A stretch of 64,000 nt of DNA, from assembly GCA_963719035.1 (NCBI GenBank), contig CAVRAO010000002.1, forward strand, positions 141,507 through 205,506, written 5' to 3'. Positions 1 to 9,762 of this stretch are shown piece after piece. The position numbers and the translations under genes are program-made. Source of the DNA: Methanobacteriota archaeon. Its GTDB lineage: Archaea > Halobacteriota > Bog-38 > Methanoflorentales > Methanoflorentaceae. Each line of letters starts with the position of its first letter. Position 1 is the first letter of the stretch. The notes under the pieces are model-generated. The model did no database searches, was not told the origin of the DNA, and saw only the letters and a program-made list of their open reading frames with translations.

Positions 1-237
1 TGGAATAGCGCGCGTTGATCCGATCTCTCCAAGCGCCCACGCGGCGTTGCGTCTTACCGACCAGTGGTCGTCGTTGAGCGCATCTATAAGGGCATCAGTT
101 GCGACTTCGTCTTTGAGCTCGCCGAGCATTTCAGCGACCTGCGAGCGAACATCCTCGTCAGCATCTTTGAGCGCGTTAATTAGCCCGTATGGGCTTCTCT
201 CTGCCTTGAGCTTTACAATATCGGGTTTCGTTCGCAT
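1..237 (-). CDS. HEAT/PBS-lyase-like repeat protein, 3'-truncated by window edge
   Basis: Reverse-strand ATG (complement of 235-237) opens MRTKPDIVKLKAERSPYGLINALKDADEDVRSQVAEMLGEL...NDDHWSVRRNAAWALGEIGSTRAIP, which runs off position 1. It has repeated ~30-aa HEAT-like units (DxxVRxxAAxALGxIG). It is not in the supplied ORF track because no stop lies inside the window. Confidence 0.5.
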   Translation of the reverse strand, partial: MRTKPDIVKLKAERSPYGLINALKDADEDVRSQVAEMLGELKDEVATDALIDALNDDHWSVRRNAAWALGEIGSTRAIP

Positions 238-269
238 CAGTATTCACTAGCTGCGATGTGCATGCAAAG

Positions 270-1217
270 TTACACACTGTGAATTTTTTCAGTTGATCCA
301 CTTTGGGACAGCACCACGACGCGACTGATGGGAGATCCGGCAGCGACTGTGTACCCCGTTCGTTCGCCAACGTCTCGTGCAAATGACATTACGCCTTCGT
401 ATGACATCATTGCGGCCCGTGACAGTCGTTTTCTGGAAAAACCGAGGTGCATATACGACTTGACTTCAACATAGTCAGGTTCAGCCAGTTCGATGAGCTT
501 TGCGTAGCTCGCCTCTCCAAAAGCGTTCACCTCGTTTACAAGCGTAATGCGCAGGGCGGTGCGTGAGGGATGATCGGCGAGTACGTGCAACGATTCGAGC
601 AGCTGTCCAAACTTATGCGTTCGTGGCTTGCATATCGAGTAGAAGTGCTCTTCATCAGGGCTGTTCAGCGAGACGTACAGCTGGGTCGGACGGACCTGTT
701 CGAGCACTTCGGGATGACTCCCGTTTGACACGACGAAGGTCGTCATATGTTTGTGATGGTAGCGTTCGATGAGCTCGTCGAGGTATGGGTAGAGCGTTGG
801 TTCGCCGCTGAGCGAAATGGCTACTTGGCTTGGATCGTAAGCCTCCTGTAGCTTTTGCATGTTGGTAGTCGAGGCGCCCTTATAGCCGGAAATAAGCATT
901 CTCTGCGCCGCTATCGAGCCATCGACGAGTTCCTGCGGCTCGTCAAACCCGAACCTCTCTGTCGTGTCCAGATCTGTAGCTCTCCAGCAGTGCAGGCACT
1001 GTTGATTACAGTGCAGTGTGGGGGTCATTTGGATACAGCGGTGAGCGTGAATGCCGTAAAATTGCTCCTTGTAGCACACGCCCTCATTACGCAAGGACTT
1101 CTTGAGCCACAGACACGGCTTGACAGCCCCCCCGCAGCCTATAGCGTGATAGCCTTGTTTAGTTAGGGTCTCGCGGTATGACAAGGGAACTGACGTCTTG
1201 GGATTTCTTCGTCGCAT
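270..1217 (-). CDS. taw1: tRNA 4-demethylwyosine synthase (radical SAM, Taw1/TYW1 family)
   Basis: 315 aa. Radical-SAM CxxxCxxC motif (CNQQCLHCW), GCGG motif and overall length typical of archaeal Taw1. Confidence 0.8.
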   Translation of the reverse strand: MRRRNPKTSVPLSYRETLTKQGYHAIGCGGAVKPCLWLKKSLRNEGVCYKEQFYGIHAHRCIQMTPTLHCNQQCLHCWRATDLDTTERFGFDEPQELVDGSIAAQRMLISGYKGASTTNMQKLQEAYDPSQVAISLSGEPTLYPYLDELIERYHHKHMTTFVVSNGSHPEVLEQVRPTQLYVSLNSPDEEHFYSICKPRTHKFGQLLESLHVLADHPSRTALRITLVNEVNAFGEASYAKLIELAEPDYVEVKSYMHLGFSRKRLSRAAMMSYEGVMSFARDVGERTGYTVAAGSPISRVVVLSQSGSTEKIHSV

Positions 1218-1237
1218 GAATGGGTCTCTTTATACCT

Positions 1238-2908
1238 TCACATCGAATCGACTGGTTCAATCCCGAGACAGTTTAGCACGTTTCGCAAAACAATCCGTGC
1301 GCTCGTCACGAGGGCTAATCGAGCGCGGCTCATCTCGGGTTCAGCAGAGAGCACGGGCATAAATCGATAAAATTGGTTAAATGCCTCTGCAAGCTCGCGT
1401 GCATATGAAGTAAGCATGCTCACACTCAAATTCCTCGTGATATCTTCGATTACTGCGGGAAACTGCGCACACAGTTTAATGACCTTGATCTCGGATTCGT
1501 CTGTGAGCAGACTCGGGTCGTACTTGTGATCAAACGTAGTCTTTACGAGAATATTACTTGCGCGGGCGTGCGCGTATTGCAAAAATGGCCCCCCTTGTCG
1601 CTCGAAATCAAGGGCTTCGGACCAGTTAAAGACCATAGGTTTATCAGCGGATACCCTGAGCAAGTCATAGCGCGTCGCGCCGATGCCTACGGCTTGCGCG
1701 ATCGCGCGTTTCTCTTCTTCGGATAACGTTGGGCGCCGCTTATCGACCTCTTCATACGCTTTCTCTGTTACCTTCTCTAGTACCTCATCTGCGCTCACGA
1801 AGTGACCTCGGCGCGTGCTCATTGAGCCCTCTGGAAGGGAGACAAACTCAAAAAACACAACTTCAGGAGCGCTAATGTTGAGAAGCTCGAGCGCTTTTCC
1901 CACTTGGAGCGCGGTTAGCTTGTGGTCCGCCCCGAGCACGTCGATCATGCGGTTGCATCGTCCTGCCTTCCAGACGTGGTAGGCGATGTCGCGAGTCGCG
2001 TACACCGACGTGCCATCCGAGCGCCGAACGACGAGATCTTTGCCGATGCCAAACGACGAAAGATCGATGTGCATTGATCCGTCACTCTCGGTTACACCAT
2101 AGCTTCGGAGTTCTTCGATGATGCCGTGCAAGTCGTCAAGGAATTCACTCTCCCAGACGAAACGGTCGTGCGAGACGTGAAGGTTTGCAAGTGTCTGGTT
2201 GATGCCTCGCAGACAGAATTCGACTGCGTCTTCGAACAGACAAGCAACATCTTGATCGCCGCCTTCAAAGCGCTGCATGAGCTCCCTTATGTCGTTGAGC
2301 TTCGTAGGGTGGAGTTCTATGTCAGCGTTCGCCTTGATGTAGACATCGGCCGTAGCGTGATCCGATTTTCTCTTGCCATTGAGCTCAAAGTGCATAAGGC
2401 CCCAGACGACAAGCGCGATCTGTCGGCCCATGTTATTGACATAATACTGAGTCTCGACGCGGTATCCGGCCTGCTTTAGACAACGCGTGAGCGCATCGCC
2501 GATGACCGAGTTTCGCACGTGGCCGATGTGAAGGGGCCCGTTTGGATTCGCAGAGGTGTGTTCGAGAATCACGATGCTGTCACTGTTGATTCGCCCGTAG
2601 TTCTGATCCTCCTCCAATACGGTGCTGAGCGCGCGATGCAGGTAGTCGGTACTCACAAAGAAATTCACATAGGGTCCTGCAGCCTCAGCTCGCGCAACCA
2701 GAACGTCAGAACTGATGCGTTGTACGATGTTGTGTGCGATCTCGTGAGGCGGGAGCTTAAGGATGGGTGCGAGTTTAAACGTGACGATACTTGTAAGGTC
2801 GGCATAGCCGGGCTTAACGACCAATGCCAGGTCACCGCTTGGGTACTCGCACTTTTCGAGCGCTTCTGTCAGCAGCTTTTCGACGTGCTTGCGAAAGTTG
2901 AGAAACAT
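1238..2908 (-). CDS. argS: arginine--tRNA ligase
   Basis: Class I HIGH motif (PNGPLHIGH) and full-length ArgS architecture. The longest ORF extends to 2965 and would overlap prf1 by 47 nt. The internal Met (MFLNFRKHVEKL...) at 2906-2908 gives a non-overlapping start, so that start is chosen. Confidence 0.85.
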   Translation of the reverse strand: MFLNFRKHVEKLLTEALEKCEYPSGDLALVVKPGYADLTSIVTFKLAPILKLPPHEIAHNIVQRISSDVLVARAEAAGPYVNFFVSTDYLHRALSTVLEEDQNYGRINSDSIVILEHTSANPNGPLHIGHVRNSVIGDALTRCLKQAGYRVETQYYVNNMGRQIALVVWGLMHFELNGKRKSDHATADVYIKANADIELHPTKLNDIRELMQRFEGGDQDVACLFEDAVEFCLRGINQTLANLHVSHDRFVWESEFLDDLHGIIEELRSYGVTESDGSMHIDLSSFGIGKDLVVRRSDGTSVYATRDIAYHVWKAGRCNRMIDVLGADHKLTALQVGKALELLNISAPEVVFFEFVSLPEGSMSTRRGHFVSADEVLEKVTEKAYEEVDKRRPTLSEEEKRAIAQAVGIGATRYDLLRVSADKPMVFNWSEALDFERQGGPFLQYAHARASNILVKTTFDHKYDPSLLTDESEIKVIKLCAQFPAVIEDITRNLSVSMLTSYARELAEAFNQFYRFMPVLSAEPEMSRARLALVTSARIVLRNVLNCLGIEPVDSM

Positions 2909-2918
2909 TACGGCTCCG

Positions 2919-4151
2919 TCAGCGCTCGTCGATCGCAAAACGCAGGATGGCTGCAATGCCGCCAAATGCTCGCATGAGCTGCTCCCCCTCGTTGAAGTCT
3001 GTTGAGATAAACTCTACCGAGGCTCCCGTGTCTCCTGCCCTGCGGATAAGCTCGTCGACAACATCTTCCTCGTGGGCGCGTTCCATTGCACCCTCACATT
3101 TAGGACACACGCCCGCCCCTTTTATCCCACGGATCGTCTCTTCGAGCGTGAACCCGCACAGCGGGCAACTGTTGGTCACACGCTTGATGCGAAGCGCCTC
3201 TGAGAGGAGTAGCGTATCGACGGCTCCTAGCTGAAGTGCTTTTCGTGCCTGTTTCTCGCCGTAGGTCGCCTTATTTGAATCGTGCACAAGCTCTTGGAGG
3301 AAGCGCCCTACTACGTTCTTTTCGCGTATCAAATCGAGTTCTTGGAGCACCTCGGCGCCGTTTTCCACGAGCTCTGAAAGGCCGAACTCGTCGGTATAGG
3401 ACGCGTCAAAAGCCCCGAGAATCTTTTGCTGTAGCTCGTGATGGAGGTACTCGCCGTCGACGAACTCCTCTTTAGTTGGACTTGGACCGCCTATGAGCAC
3501 CCCTTTGAGCTCTGGATGTTGAAGAAACTCGTTGTTGGCGGCCTCACCGATACGCTTGTAGAACTCGTGGATGGCTATGAGGCGCAGCCGTTCAAAACGA
3601 CGCTGCGATTGGCCGCCTTTCGTGTGTTTGCCAGGCACTCCGGACGTGAGGTGCTTGACTGGTTCGATGCGTTTGCCGTTAAGGACGCCGACCGTCGCCT
3701 CATTTCGGTCGACAACGACCAGTCCGAACACCTGTTTTTCCTTAAGCATTTCCTTGAGCGGATCAAGGTTGAATGTCGAATCACAGCGGTATTGGTAAGA
3801 CTTTATCGGTTCAATGGGCTCTACGACGAGCGTTTCCATCGTTGACTTGTCACCGCCGAGTGCGATCGTTCCCGTAAAAATCACAAGCCCGTTTGACGGC
3901 GGAAAGCGATAGTACTTGAGGCGCGACGTGATCGATGAGAGCGCGCTTTGCACGTTGGTCCGTGTGCTCTTTGATTTGATGTTTGACGCCTGTCCGTACT
4001 CGTCCTTGAGCTGGCTCACTACGTCTGAGATTTGTTTGTCAGGCGGAATATATATTGTGATAAGTTCGGTCGCTTGCCCCTTCTTGCCCTCTAAGTTCTC
4101 GATGACGCGTTTAAACTCGTAGCGCTTCAATGATTCGATTGGGTTGCTCAT
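2919..4151 (-). CDS. prf1: peptide chain release factor aRF1
   Basis: GGQ motif (KGGQSQRRFERLR), NIKS-like region and C-terminal domain. The ORF extends to 4199, but the conserved aRF1 N-terminus (MSNPIESLKRYEFKR) starts at the Met at 4149-4151. Confidence 0.85.
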   Translation of the reverse strand: MSNPIESLKRYEFKRVIENLEGKKGQATELITIYIPPDKQISDVVSQLKDEYGQASNIKSKSTRTNVQSALSSITSRLKYYRFPPSNGLVIFTGTIALGGDKSTMETLVVEPIEPIKSYQYRCDSTFNLDPLKEMLKEKQVFGLVVVDRNEATVGVLNGKRIEPVKHLTSGVPGKHTKGGQSQRRFERLRLIAIHEFYKRIGEAANNEFLQHPELKGVLIGGPSPTKEEFVDGEYLHHELQQKILGAFDASYTDEFGLSELVENGAEVLQELDLIREKNVVGRFLQELVHDSNKATYGEKQARKALQLGAVDTLLLSEALRIKRVTNSCPLCGFTLEETIRGIKGAGVCPKCEGAMERAHEEDVVDELIRRAGDTGASVEFISTDFNEGEQLMRAFGGIAAILRFAIDER

Positions 4152-4404
4152 ATTAGTATATCTCCGCCTTGCGACGGACAAAAAGCCAAAAAGGACCACG
4201 GCCTTGCGGCCAGTCGCTTGACAATGAATATAGTAAGCGCTTCATTAAAAAACTTTTTAGCGCGTTTGTGGGCGAGCGGGGCGAGGTAAGCTATATATGG
4301 CTCGCGGGAAAGAAGTATATAATGAATACGAAGCTTTCGTGGCGTTCTTGTAAGTGGGTTTCGCGGCGGCTTCCCATCGTTGCTTGTTATAGGAGTCAAT
4401 CTAT

Positions 4405-4635
4405 ATGTGTCTGGCAATTCCTGCCGAAATTGTTAAGGTCGAAGGGAACAAGGGCGTCGTCGATTACGGCGGCTTAGAACAGGAGATAAGCTTGGATCTC
4501 GTCGAGGATGTCCGTCCCGGGGACTATGTACTAATCCACGTCGGTTTCGCCATTGAGAAGCTCAGCAAAGAAGCTGCCCTCCAAACGCTAGCGATTTTTA
4601 AGGAGTTGGAAGAGCTCGAGCAGGAAAATGCATGA
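4405..4635 (+). CDS. hypC: [NiFe]-hydrogenase maturation factor HypC
   Basis: 76 aa with N-terminal MCLAIP motif (Cys2) diagnostic of HypC/HupF. Confidence 0.85.
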   Translation: MCLAIPAEIVKVEGNKGVVDYGGLEQEISLDLVEDVRPGDYVLIHVGFAIEKLSKEAALQTLAIFKELEELEQENA

Positions 4636-4978
4636 GTTTAGTATTGCGTCCGGCATCGTCGACGTTGTGAAGGAAACGGTCGAAAGCCGGCCGGTGAAAC
4701 GGCTTATCTCGGTTACCGTCGAAGTGGGGCAGCTCGCGATGGTTAACCCTGAGCAGCTCAAGTTCTCCTTTGAAGTGATCACTGAAGGCGGCCCCTTTGA
4801 GGGCGCCGAGATGAAAGTCGAAACGCTTCCAGCGGTTGCCAAGTGCAAATGCGGCTTTGAGGGCGCGTTGGGCGATGAGGATTACGTCTGTCCCAAGTGT
4901 GGCGGCTTTTACGAGCTGCTTTCTGGCAGGGACATTTGTATCAAGAATCTTGAGGTCGAACTCGAAGACGAGGGCTAG
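4628..4978 (+). CDS. hypA: hydrogenase nickel incorporation protein HypA
   Basis: 116 aa with N-terminal MHEFSIA and C-terminal CxxC...CxxC zinc site (CKCG...CPKCG). It overlaps the hypC stop by 8 nt. Confidence 0.85.
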   Translation: MHEFSIASGIVDVVKETVESRPVKRLISVTVEVGQLAMVNPEQLKFSFEVITEGGPFEGAEMKVETLPAVAKCKCGFEGALGDEDYVCPKCGGFYELLSGRDICIKNLEVELEDEG

Positions 4979-4997
4979 ACGGTGAGGTGCCTGAATC

Positions 4998-6035
4998 ATG
5001 CGAACTGAACGTACAACTGTCGATAAGAACGTCAGCCTGCTCCACGGCGCGGGCGGCGAAATGATGAACGCTCTGATCGCCGACGTCTTGACGAAGATCA
5101 AAAACAAGAACGCCGGCGGTATTGGCTTGGAATCGTTAGATGACGGAGCTGCCATTCCGTTAGCGCAAGGTGGATTCCTCATTCTTACTACAGACACGCA
5201 TGTCGTCAAGCCCATCTTCTTTCCCGGAGGGGACATTGGACGGCTCTCTGTTTCCGGAACGGTCAACGATCTTGCGATGATGGGCGCAGCGCCTCTTGCG
5301 CTGACGAGTGCGATCGTTATGGAGGATGGGTTCGCAATCAGTGATTTACGCAAGATCGTGGCGTCAATGGACGAGGCGACCCAGGAGGTCGACACGGCGA
5401 TCGTGACGGGTGACACGAAGGTGGTGGAAAAGGGAGCACTCGATGGGATCATTATTAACACTGCAGGGATCGGCTTTGTTGAAAGTCCGGTGCGAGATTG
5501 TGGACTTGTGCCAGGTAACAAACTCATCGTCACCGGCACGATTGGTGATAATGGGATTGCTGTGCTCGCCAAGCGGGAGGACTTTCACTTTCGGACAGAA
5601 CTCCGCTCAGACGTAGCACCGATCTGGCACACTGTAAAAGCCGCTCTTGACGCGGCTGATTCGACTGCAATAACGGCTATGAAAGACCCCACGCGAGGTG
5701 GCGTCGCGAGTGCGCTTAACGACATGGCACATAAAAGCGGCGTAGAGATCCTCATTGAAGAGGAGCAGTTACCAATCAATCCTTCGATAAGGGCAGCTGC
5801 TGAGATGCTTGGCATCGATGTGCTCGAAGTGGCTAACGAGGGCAAGGCGATCATCGGCGTTGACGCAGGGAGTGCAGAAGCGGTGCTCGCTGCACTTAAA
5901 AAGACAAAGTATGGGAAGAAAGCCGCGATTATCGGCGAAGTAAATGAAGGTCAAAGAGTTCTGATGAAGACGCAGATCGGCGGAACTCGCTTTGTTGATG
6001 CACCGCTTGGCGATCCAGTGCCCCGCGTGTGTTAA
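4998..6035 (+). CDS. hypE: hydrogenase expression/formation protein HypE
   Basis: 345 aa with the PurM-like fold signature and the HypE C-terminal PRxC motif (PRVC). Confidence 0.85.
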   Translation: MRTERTTVDKNVSLLHGAGGEMMNALIADVLTKIKNKNAGGIGLESLDDGAAIPLAQGGFLILTTDTHVVKPIFFPGGDIGRLSVSGTVNDLAMMGAAPLALTSAIVMEDGFAISDLRKIVASMDEATQEVDTAIVTGDTKVVEKGALDGIIINTAGIGFVESPVRDCGLVPGNKLIVTGTIGDNGIAVLAKREDFHFRTELRSDVAPIWHTVKAALDAADSTAITAMKDPTRGGVASALNDMAHKSGVEILIEEEQLPINPSIRAAAEMLGIDVLEVANEGKAIIGVDAGSAEAVLAALKKTKYGKKAAIIGEVNEGQRVLMKTQIGGTRFVDAPLGDPVPRVC

Positions 6036-6081
6036 CTACTAACGTCTTTAAAATAGCTTCTGACGGCTTGCGCACACGCGC

Positions 6082-6190
6082 AGAAAGCTTTAATATCAAT
6101 CCCCAGCGTAGTAAGCTGTGCTGCGTCAAGCGGCCTTTACGCTTGTGCATGCCCGGGTAGTGTAGCGGCCAATCATGGAGCCCTGTCGAG
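6082..6190 (+). repeat. Direct repeat, left copy (attL-like): tRNA-Asp promoter plus 5' half of the tRNA up to the anticodon loop (tRNA fragment 6151-6190)
   Basis: agaaagctttaatatcaat...gcccgggtagtgtagcggccaatcatggagccctgtcgag matches 11727-11834 at ~95% (about 5 mismatches and 1 indel). It diverges immediately after the anticodon-loop core. Confidence 0.8.
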
Positions 6191-6215
6191 AGCCCCTCCT
6201 AATTTTGAGCCCCTT

Positions 6216-7334
6216 TTGACTACACCAGGCATTTGCGGAACTCTTAGTCCTTTTCACTTCGATTTCGTGAGTGATAAGATACGCACCATATATACTACCG
6301 ATTCAGGGAACGGTCACAGTCTTGATTCACTTCAATTGACGTTTTCGCGGGATCAACTTATCAATTACAAGAAATGGCGTATAGAAGGTCTTGATCGGAA
6401 AAGCAGCAATTGGATGAACAAGGCCGCTGAGATTGTTTGGCACGGCACGCATGGCGTAATCTGTAAGCTAACAATGGACGCGGTGCGTGACGTTGCTTTA
6501 ACCAAATACACGTGCGTTTATTCAAAACGTAAAGTGCTATGTTTTGCTAAAGGTCTCCTCAAGTATCTTGCCAAAACCACCTTCGACACTCGCTTTCAGG
6601 CATTTGAACTCTTCTTGGAGATGCCTAAGGTCCTCAAAATTCGTAAGCATGTTACAAGCCGCATTGTGACTAAGGAAGACATTGAAAATGTGCTAAAAGC
6701 GATTGAACAGGCGTTTAGCATCGGGCGTATTGATAACGCTCACTATCTAAACTACAAAGCGATAGTGTTCTTTGGCGCGTTTACGGGTCAGCGACCTTTA
6801 GCGACAATAGCAAGATTAACTGCGCGACAATTTGAGGAAGCGGTGAAAATGAAGAAACCGGTTGTTGATGTTCTCCCGTGGCAAGATAAGATTCGCATGC
6901 AGCATTATTGCCCTCTCCACCCGCAAGTCGTTGAGGCTGTAGAACCTGCGCTGGAAGTTAGATTCGATGACGAGCGTGTTTTTGAGCAACTGTCCTTTCA
7001 AGAGTGGCTTAAGTACACAGACATCCGGCTATTGCAAGGAGGCGCTCGCATTGTCAATGGAGACCTGAGGAAATTTGCAGAGCAGCAATCCGACGTACTG
7101 CAGTGGGATCAATCAAATAAGAACTACATACTAACCCACGGTGTCAGCGGGGTCGATTGGCGTTTTTACAAGCATCCGTTGCCTAAGATCGTGTATGACG
7201 TATATATGCAGTATTGGAAAGAAGTCGAGCTTTCGTGTTTAAAGTGGCCATGCTTGTTCCCGCACAACCGGCAAAAATACCATACATACCGTCATCGGCA
7301 AAAGCAAACGTTAGCCTGTGGGCTTCTTTCCTAA
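6216..7334 (+). CDS. int: tyrosine-recombinase-like integrase (putative; TTG start)
   Basis: 372 aa directly abutting attL. The C-terminal region carries candidate catalytic residues (GQRPLATIARLTARQ; LTHGVSGVDWRFY with a terminal Tyr). The assignment is mainly by position next to the tRNA att site, with only weak motif support. Confidence 0.5.
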   Translation: MTTPGICGTLSPFHFDFVSDKIRTIYTTDSGNGHSLDSLQLTFSRDQLINYKKWRIEGLDRKSSNWMNKAAEIVWHGTHGVICKLTMDAVRDVALTKYTCVYSKRKVLCFAKGLLKYLAKTTFDTRFQAFELFLEMPKVLKIRKHVTSRIVTKEDIENVLKAIEQAFSIGRIDNAHYLNYKAIVFFGAFTGQRPLATIARLTARQFEEAVKMKKPVVDVLPWQDKIRMQHYCPLHPQVVEAVEPALEVRFDDERVFEQLSFQEWLKYTDIRLLQGGARIVNGDLRKFAEQQSDVLQWDQSNKNYILTHGVSGVDWRFYKHPLPKIVYDVYMQYWKEVELSCLKWPCLFPHNRQKYHTYRHRQKQTLACGLLS

Positions 7335-7581
7335 AAATAAAAAGCCCACGGCCTTATCAAAAACGTATGTTGACGACGATATTGCCCCATGAACCCACCT
7401 GCCTGCTGAGACGATGGTAGTACTTTAAACTTAAAATTTGTGATAGCTTTTAGCAGGCGCCTATTAGCGGTCAATTCTGACCTCCGCCTCGCTGAGGCAA
7501 TCGTAAATTCATCGTTACTTTTTGCTCTACTTTTTTTGTTCTGCGAGAATGTGGAGCACAGGCTATCCCTCACTAAGCGCA

Positions 7582-8292
7582 TCAAGAGACGTGTCCAATC
7601 GGGATAATGTAAAGCGGCTGCTGGTCTGGAGGGGTCTCTAACACTTCGCGCACCATCGAGTCATCAAAGGCGCCGATCGGAACCGCTCCCAATCCCAACG
7701 ATGTACACTCGAGCAACACGTTTTGCGCTGCGTGACCAGCCTCGAGGTGGACGTAGCGCTCAGCACGTTCACCGTACTTCGTTGCGGCCCGCTCGTAGAC
7801 CCCCATAATCACAAGTTTTAACGGTGCTTGTCGTACGGCGTCCTGATTCAAAGCGGCTTTTGTCAGGTTCTCCTGCACATCCGCTGATCTGATTTTCCCG
7901 AGGCTGTGATTTAGGGGGTTGTAATGGTACACTCCTGTTACGTTCACGACATAGACTTCGAGCGGATACAGCGCGCCCGCAGACGGCACCGTTCTGAATC
8001 CTTGAGTGCTCGTGATTCCTTGAGCGGCCCAAACGAGCTGTGAGAGCTCGCTTAGTGAGATGTCAGCGTCAGTGTACTCGCGTACCGACCGCCGCTGTTG
8101 GAACGTTTCCTCTAATGACATGTTTCCTTTCAGGACTGGGTCGGGAAGCTTGATGACGTCGATGACAGCGAGGTCATGTGATACAGGCACAACTGCATCG
8201 TCGCTCTTTTGCGAGCTCAACGCCATCCACCCTATAAGAGCGGAAGCGATCACCGCAATGACCAGCGCAACGGCCAAGATTTTTTTTCGCAT
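7582..8292 (-). CDS. SagB-type dehydrogenase/nitroreductase-family protein with N-terminal signal/TM anchor
   Basis: 236 aa. N-terminus MRKKILAVALVIAVIASALIGWMALS is a hydrophobic signal/anchor. The nitroreductase-fold motifs are present (RRSVREY, ALYPLEVYVV, HLEAGHAAQNVLLECTSLGLGAVPIGAFDD). Confidence 0.7.
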   Translation of the reverse strand: MRKKILAVALVIAVIASALIGWMALSSQKSDDAVVPVSHDLAVIDVIKLPDPVLKGNMSLEETFQQRRSVREYTDADISLSELSQLVWAAQGITSTQGFRTVPSAGALYPLEVYVVNVTGVYHYNPLNHSLGKIRSADVQENLTKAALNQDAVRQAPLKLVIMGVYERAATKYGERAERYVHLEAGHAAQNVLLECTSLGLGAVPIGAFDDSMVREVLETPPDQQPLYIIPIGHVS

Positions 8293-8787
8293 CGACGTAC
8301 TCTCACGCTACACGCTTCACTTGAGAATAAGGACCTCCGCATAGTATAGAATTTATGCTTTAGCACGGCTAAGAAGAGGTGCAAAATTAGCACAAGTTAG
8401 CCCGAGTTATCCTAAACAGGTATGCAAAGCTGATAGGCAAGAACATTCATCCTCACACATTCTGGCATAAGTTTGCCATCAATAGCGTAAGGCACGGATT
8501 TGTAATACGCAGACCACCTTATGCCATTATGCTCTTCTTTCCTGGGAGCTAAGGATGTGCCTGACGACAGAACCAAATTGCCAATTAAGCCCTGGCACAT
8601 CCTCCCCCTTTGTCTAAGCAAAGACTGTGCTGACGAATTTGCGGCTGAATTTCATGAAAGAGCCAATATGTGACGGATAAGGTAGTAAGAGCAGATAAAG
8701 CTTTTTAACGACGTAAAAAGGAAAAGGAGCGCGAAACGCTCCATATTAGGAACCATTGCCGGCTTCAGTGCAGCTAAGGGTTGTGAC

Positions 8788-9081
8788 TTAAGGAAGACCC
8801 TTAATTATTGCTATTCCTTCTGCTTCTGGAAGCGCCTTCAATGTCTCTAAACTTGCCATTCCGGCGCTCGTTATCGTGAGCACTGCTTTCGCCATTGCCT
8901 CGTCGCTCGGAGCTTCAACAACTACCACCATATCATATTCCCCAAAGACAAAGTGGATTTGTTTAATCTCTCCGCCGACGGACTTGAATATCTCTTTAGC
9001 GCTTTCTATTCGTTGCGGCATGTCCTTCACTTTCTCAATTCCTGCTTGCGTAAATTTATGAAGCAAGATGTAGCTTGGCAT
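8788..9081 (-). CDS. GYD-domain protein
   Basis: 97 aa with the G-Y-D signature in FGEYDMVVVVEAPSDEAMAKAV and the characteristic ~95-aa length. Confidence 0.65.
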   Translation of the reverse strand: MPSYILLHKFTQAGIEKVKDMPQRIESAKEIFKSVGGEIKQIHFVFGEYDMVVVVEAPSDEAMAKAVLTITSAGMASLETLKALPEAEGIAIIKGLP

Positions 9082-9744
9082 TTTGATGTAGCCTCCATTT
9101 TTTTAGTAGTGAGCGTTTTGAGCGATCAGACCATTAGCGTTTGCGCTGTATTGCGCGAGAAATGTGTGCAAGAGCCGCCGTCGGAAGTGATAGAACGAGA
9201 TAAGAGCCAAGAGGTAATCGCTTCTAACTACTTCCACACCGCGCTTCCTAATCGTTTACACCCCATGTTTTACTACACTAATGCGTGCGCGACGATTGTC
9301 TCCAGGTCGATGAGCTCCTATTGCAGCTGGCGGACTACAAGAACGACTACGCGGACGTAGCCGCAGCAAAACTTTTAAAGAAGTGCTCTACCAGTTGGAA
9401 AGCCTATCGATATCTACAGGACCGCGTTCACGATGCCTGGCTGCCTGATAACGCCCGGCAGCAGGTTCGACAGATTATCAAAAAGATACAGGTGCAGATA
9501 CACCAGCAGCGCGAATACAGCTGGACGTATCAACAGCCGTGAGCGTGCAAAATAAAAGTTTTGCTAGTTTGTTAGCCATAAAACTACACGCAACAAACTG
9601 AGAGGAAGGTTCTTCAAGCAAGTATCAGCGACGAAGGCTAGGGGCACACTAAAAATTTGAGGTAAATACCCTAGTTTGGCCAAGAGTATATAAACGGCCC
9701 CTTGCCTTCGAACGTGGTTGTTATCATACGATATTTTAATACGC

Positions 9745-9762
9745 GTGACAAGTTTTTGTCAC
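9745..9762. promoter_or_regulatory. Perfect palindrome GTGACAA-gttt-TTGTCAC (operator-like site) in an intergenic region of the element
   Basis: Read directly from the sequence: 7-bp inverted-repeat arms with a 4-nt spacer, ~210 bp upstream of the small ORF at 9972. Confidence 0.3.

Noticed and set aside
47-382. Track ORFs 47-250 (+) and 176-382 (-)
   Set aside because: Low-complexity Ser/Ala-rich translations. The opposite strand gives a clean HEAT-repeat frame running off the window start, so these are antisense or overlap artefacts.
4598-5572. 324-aa minus-strand ORF across hypA/hypE
   Set aside because: Antisense to two well-supported hyp genes. Its composition (Ser/Pro/Ala-rich) is typical of a shadow ORF.
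8953-9360. 135-aa plus-strand ORF overlapping the GYD gene
   Set aside because: Its 5' third is antisense to the well-supported GYD-domain gene. The remainder has no recognisable features.
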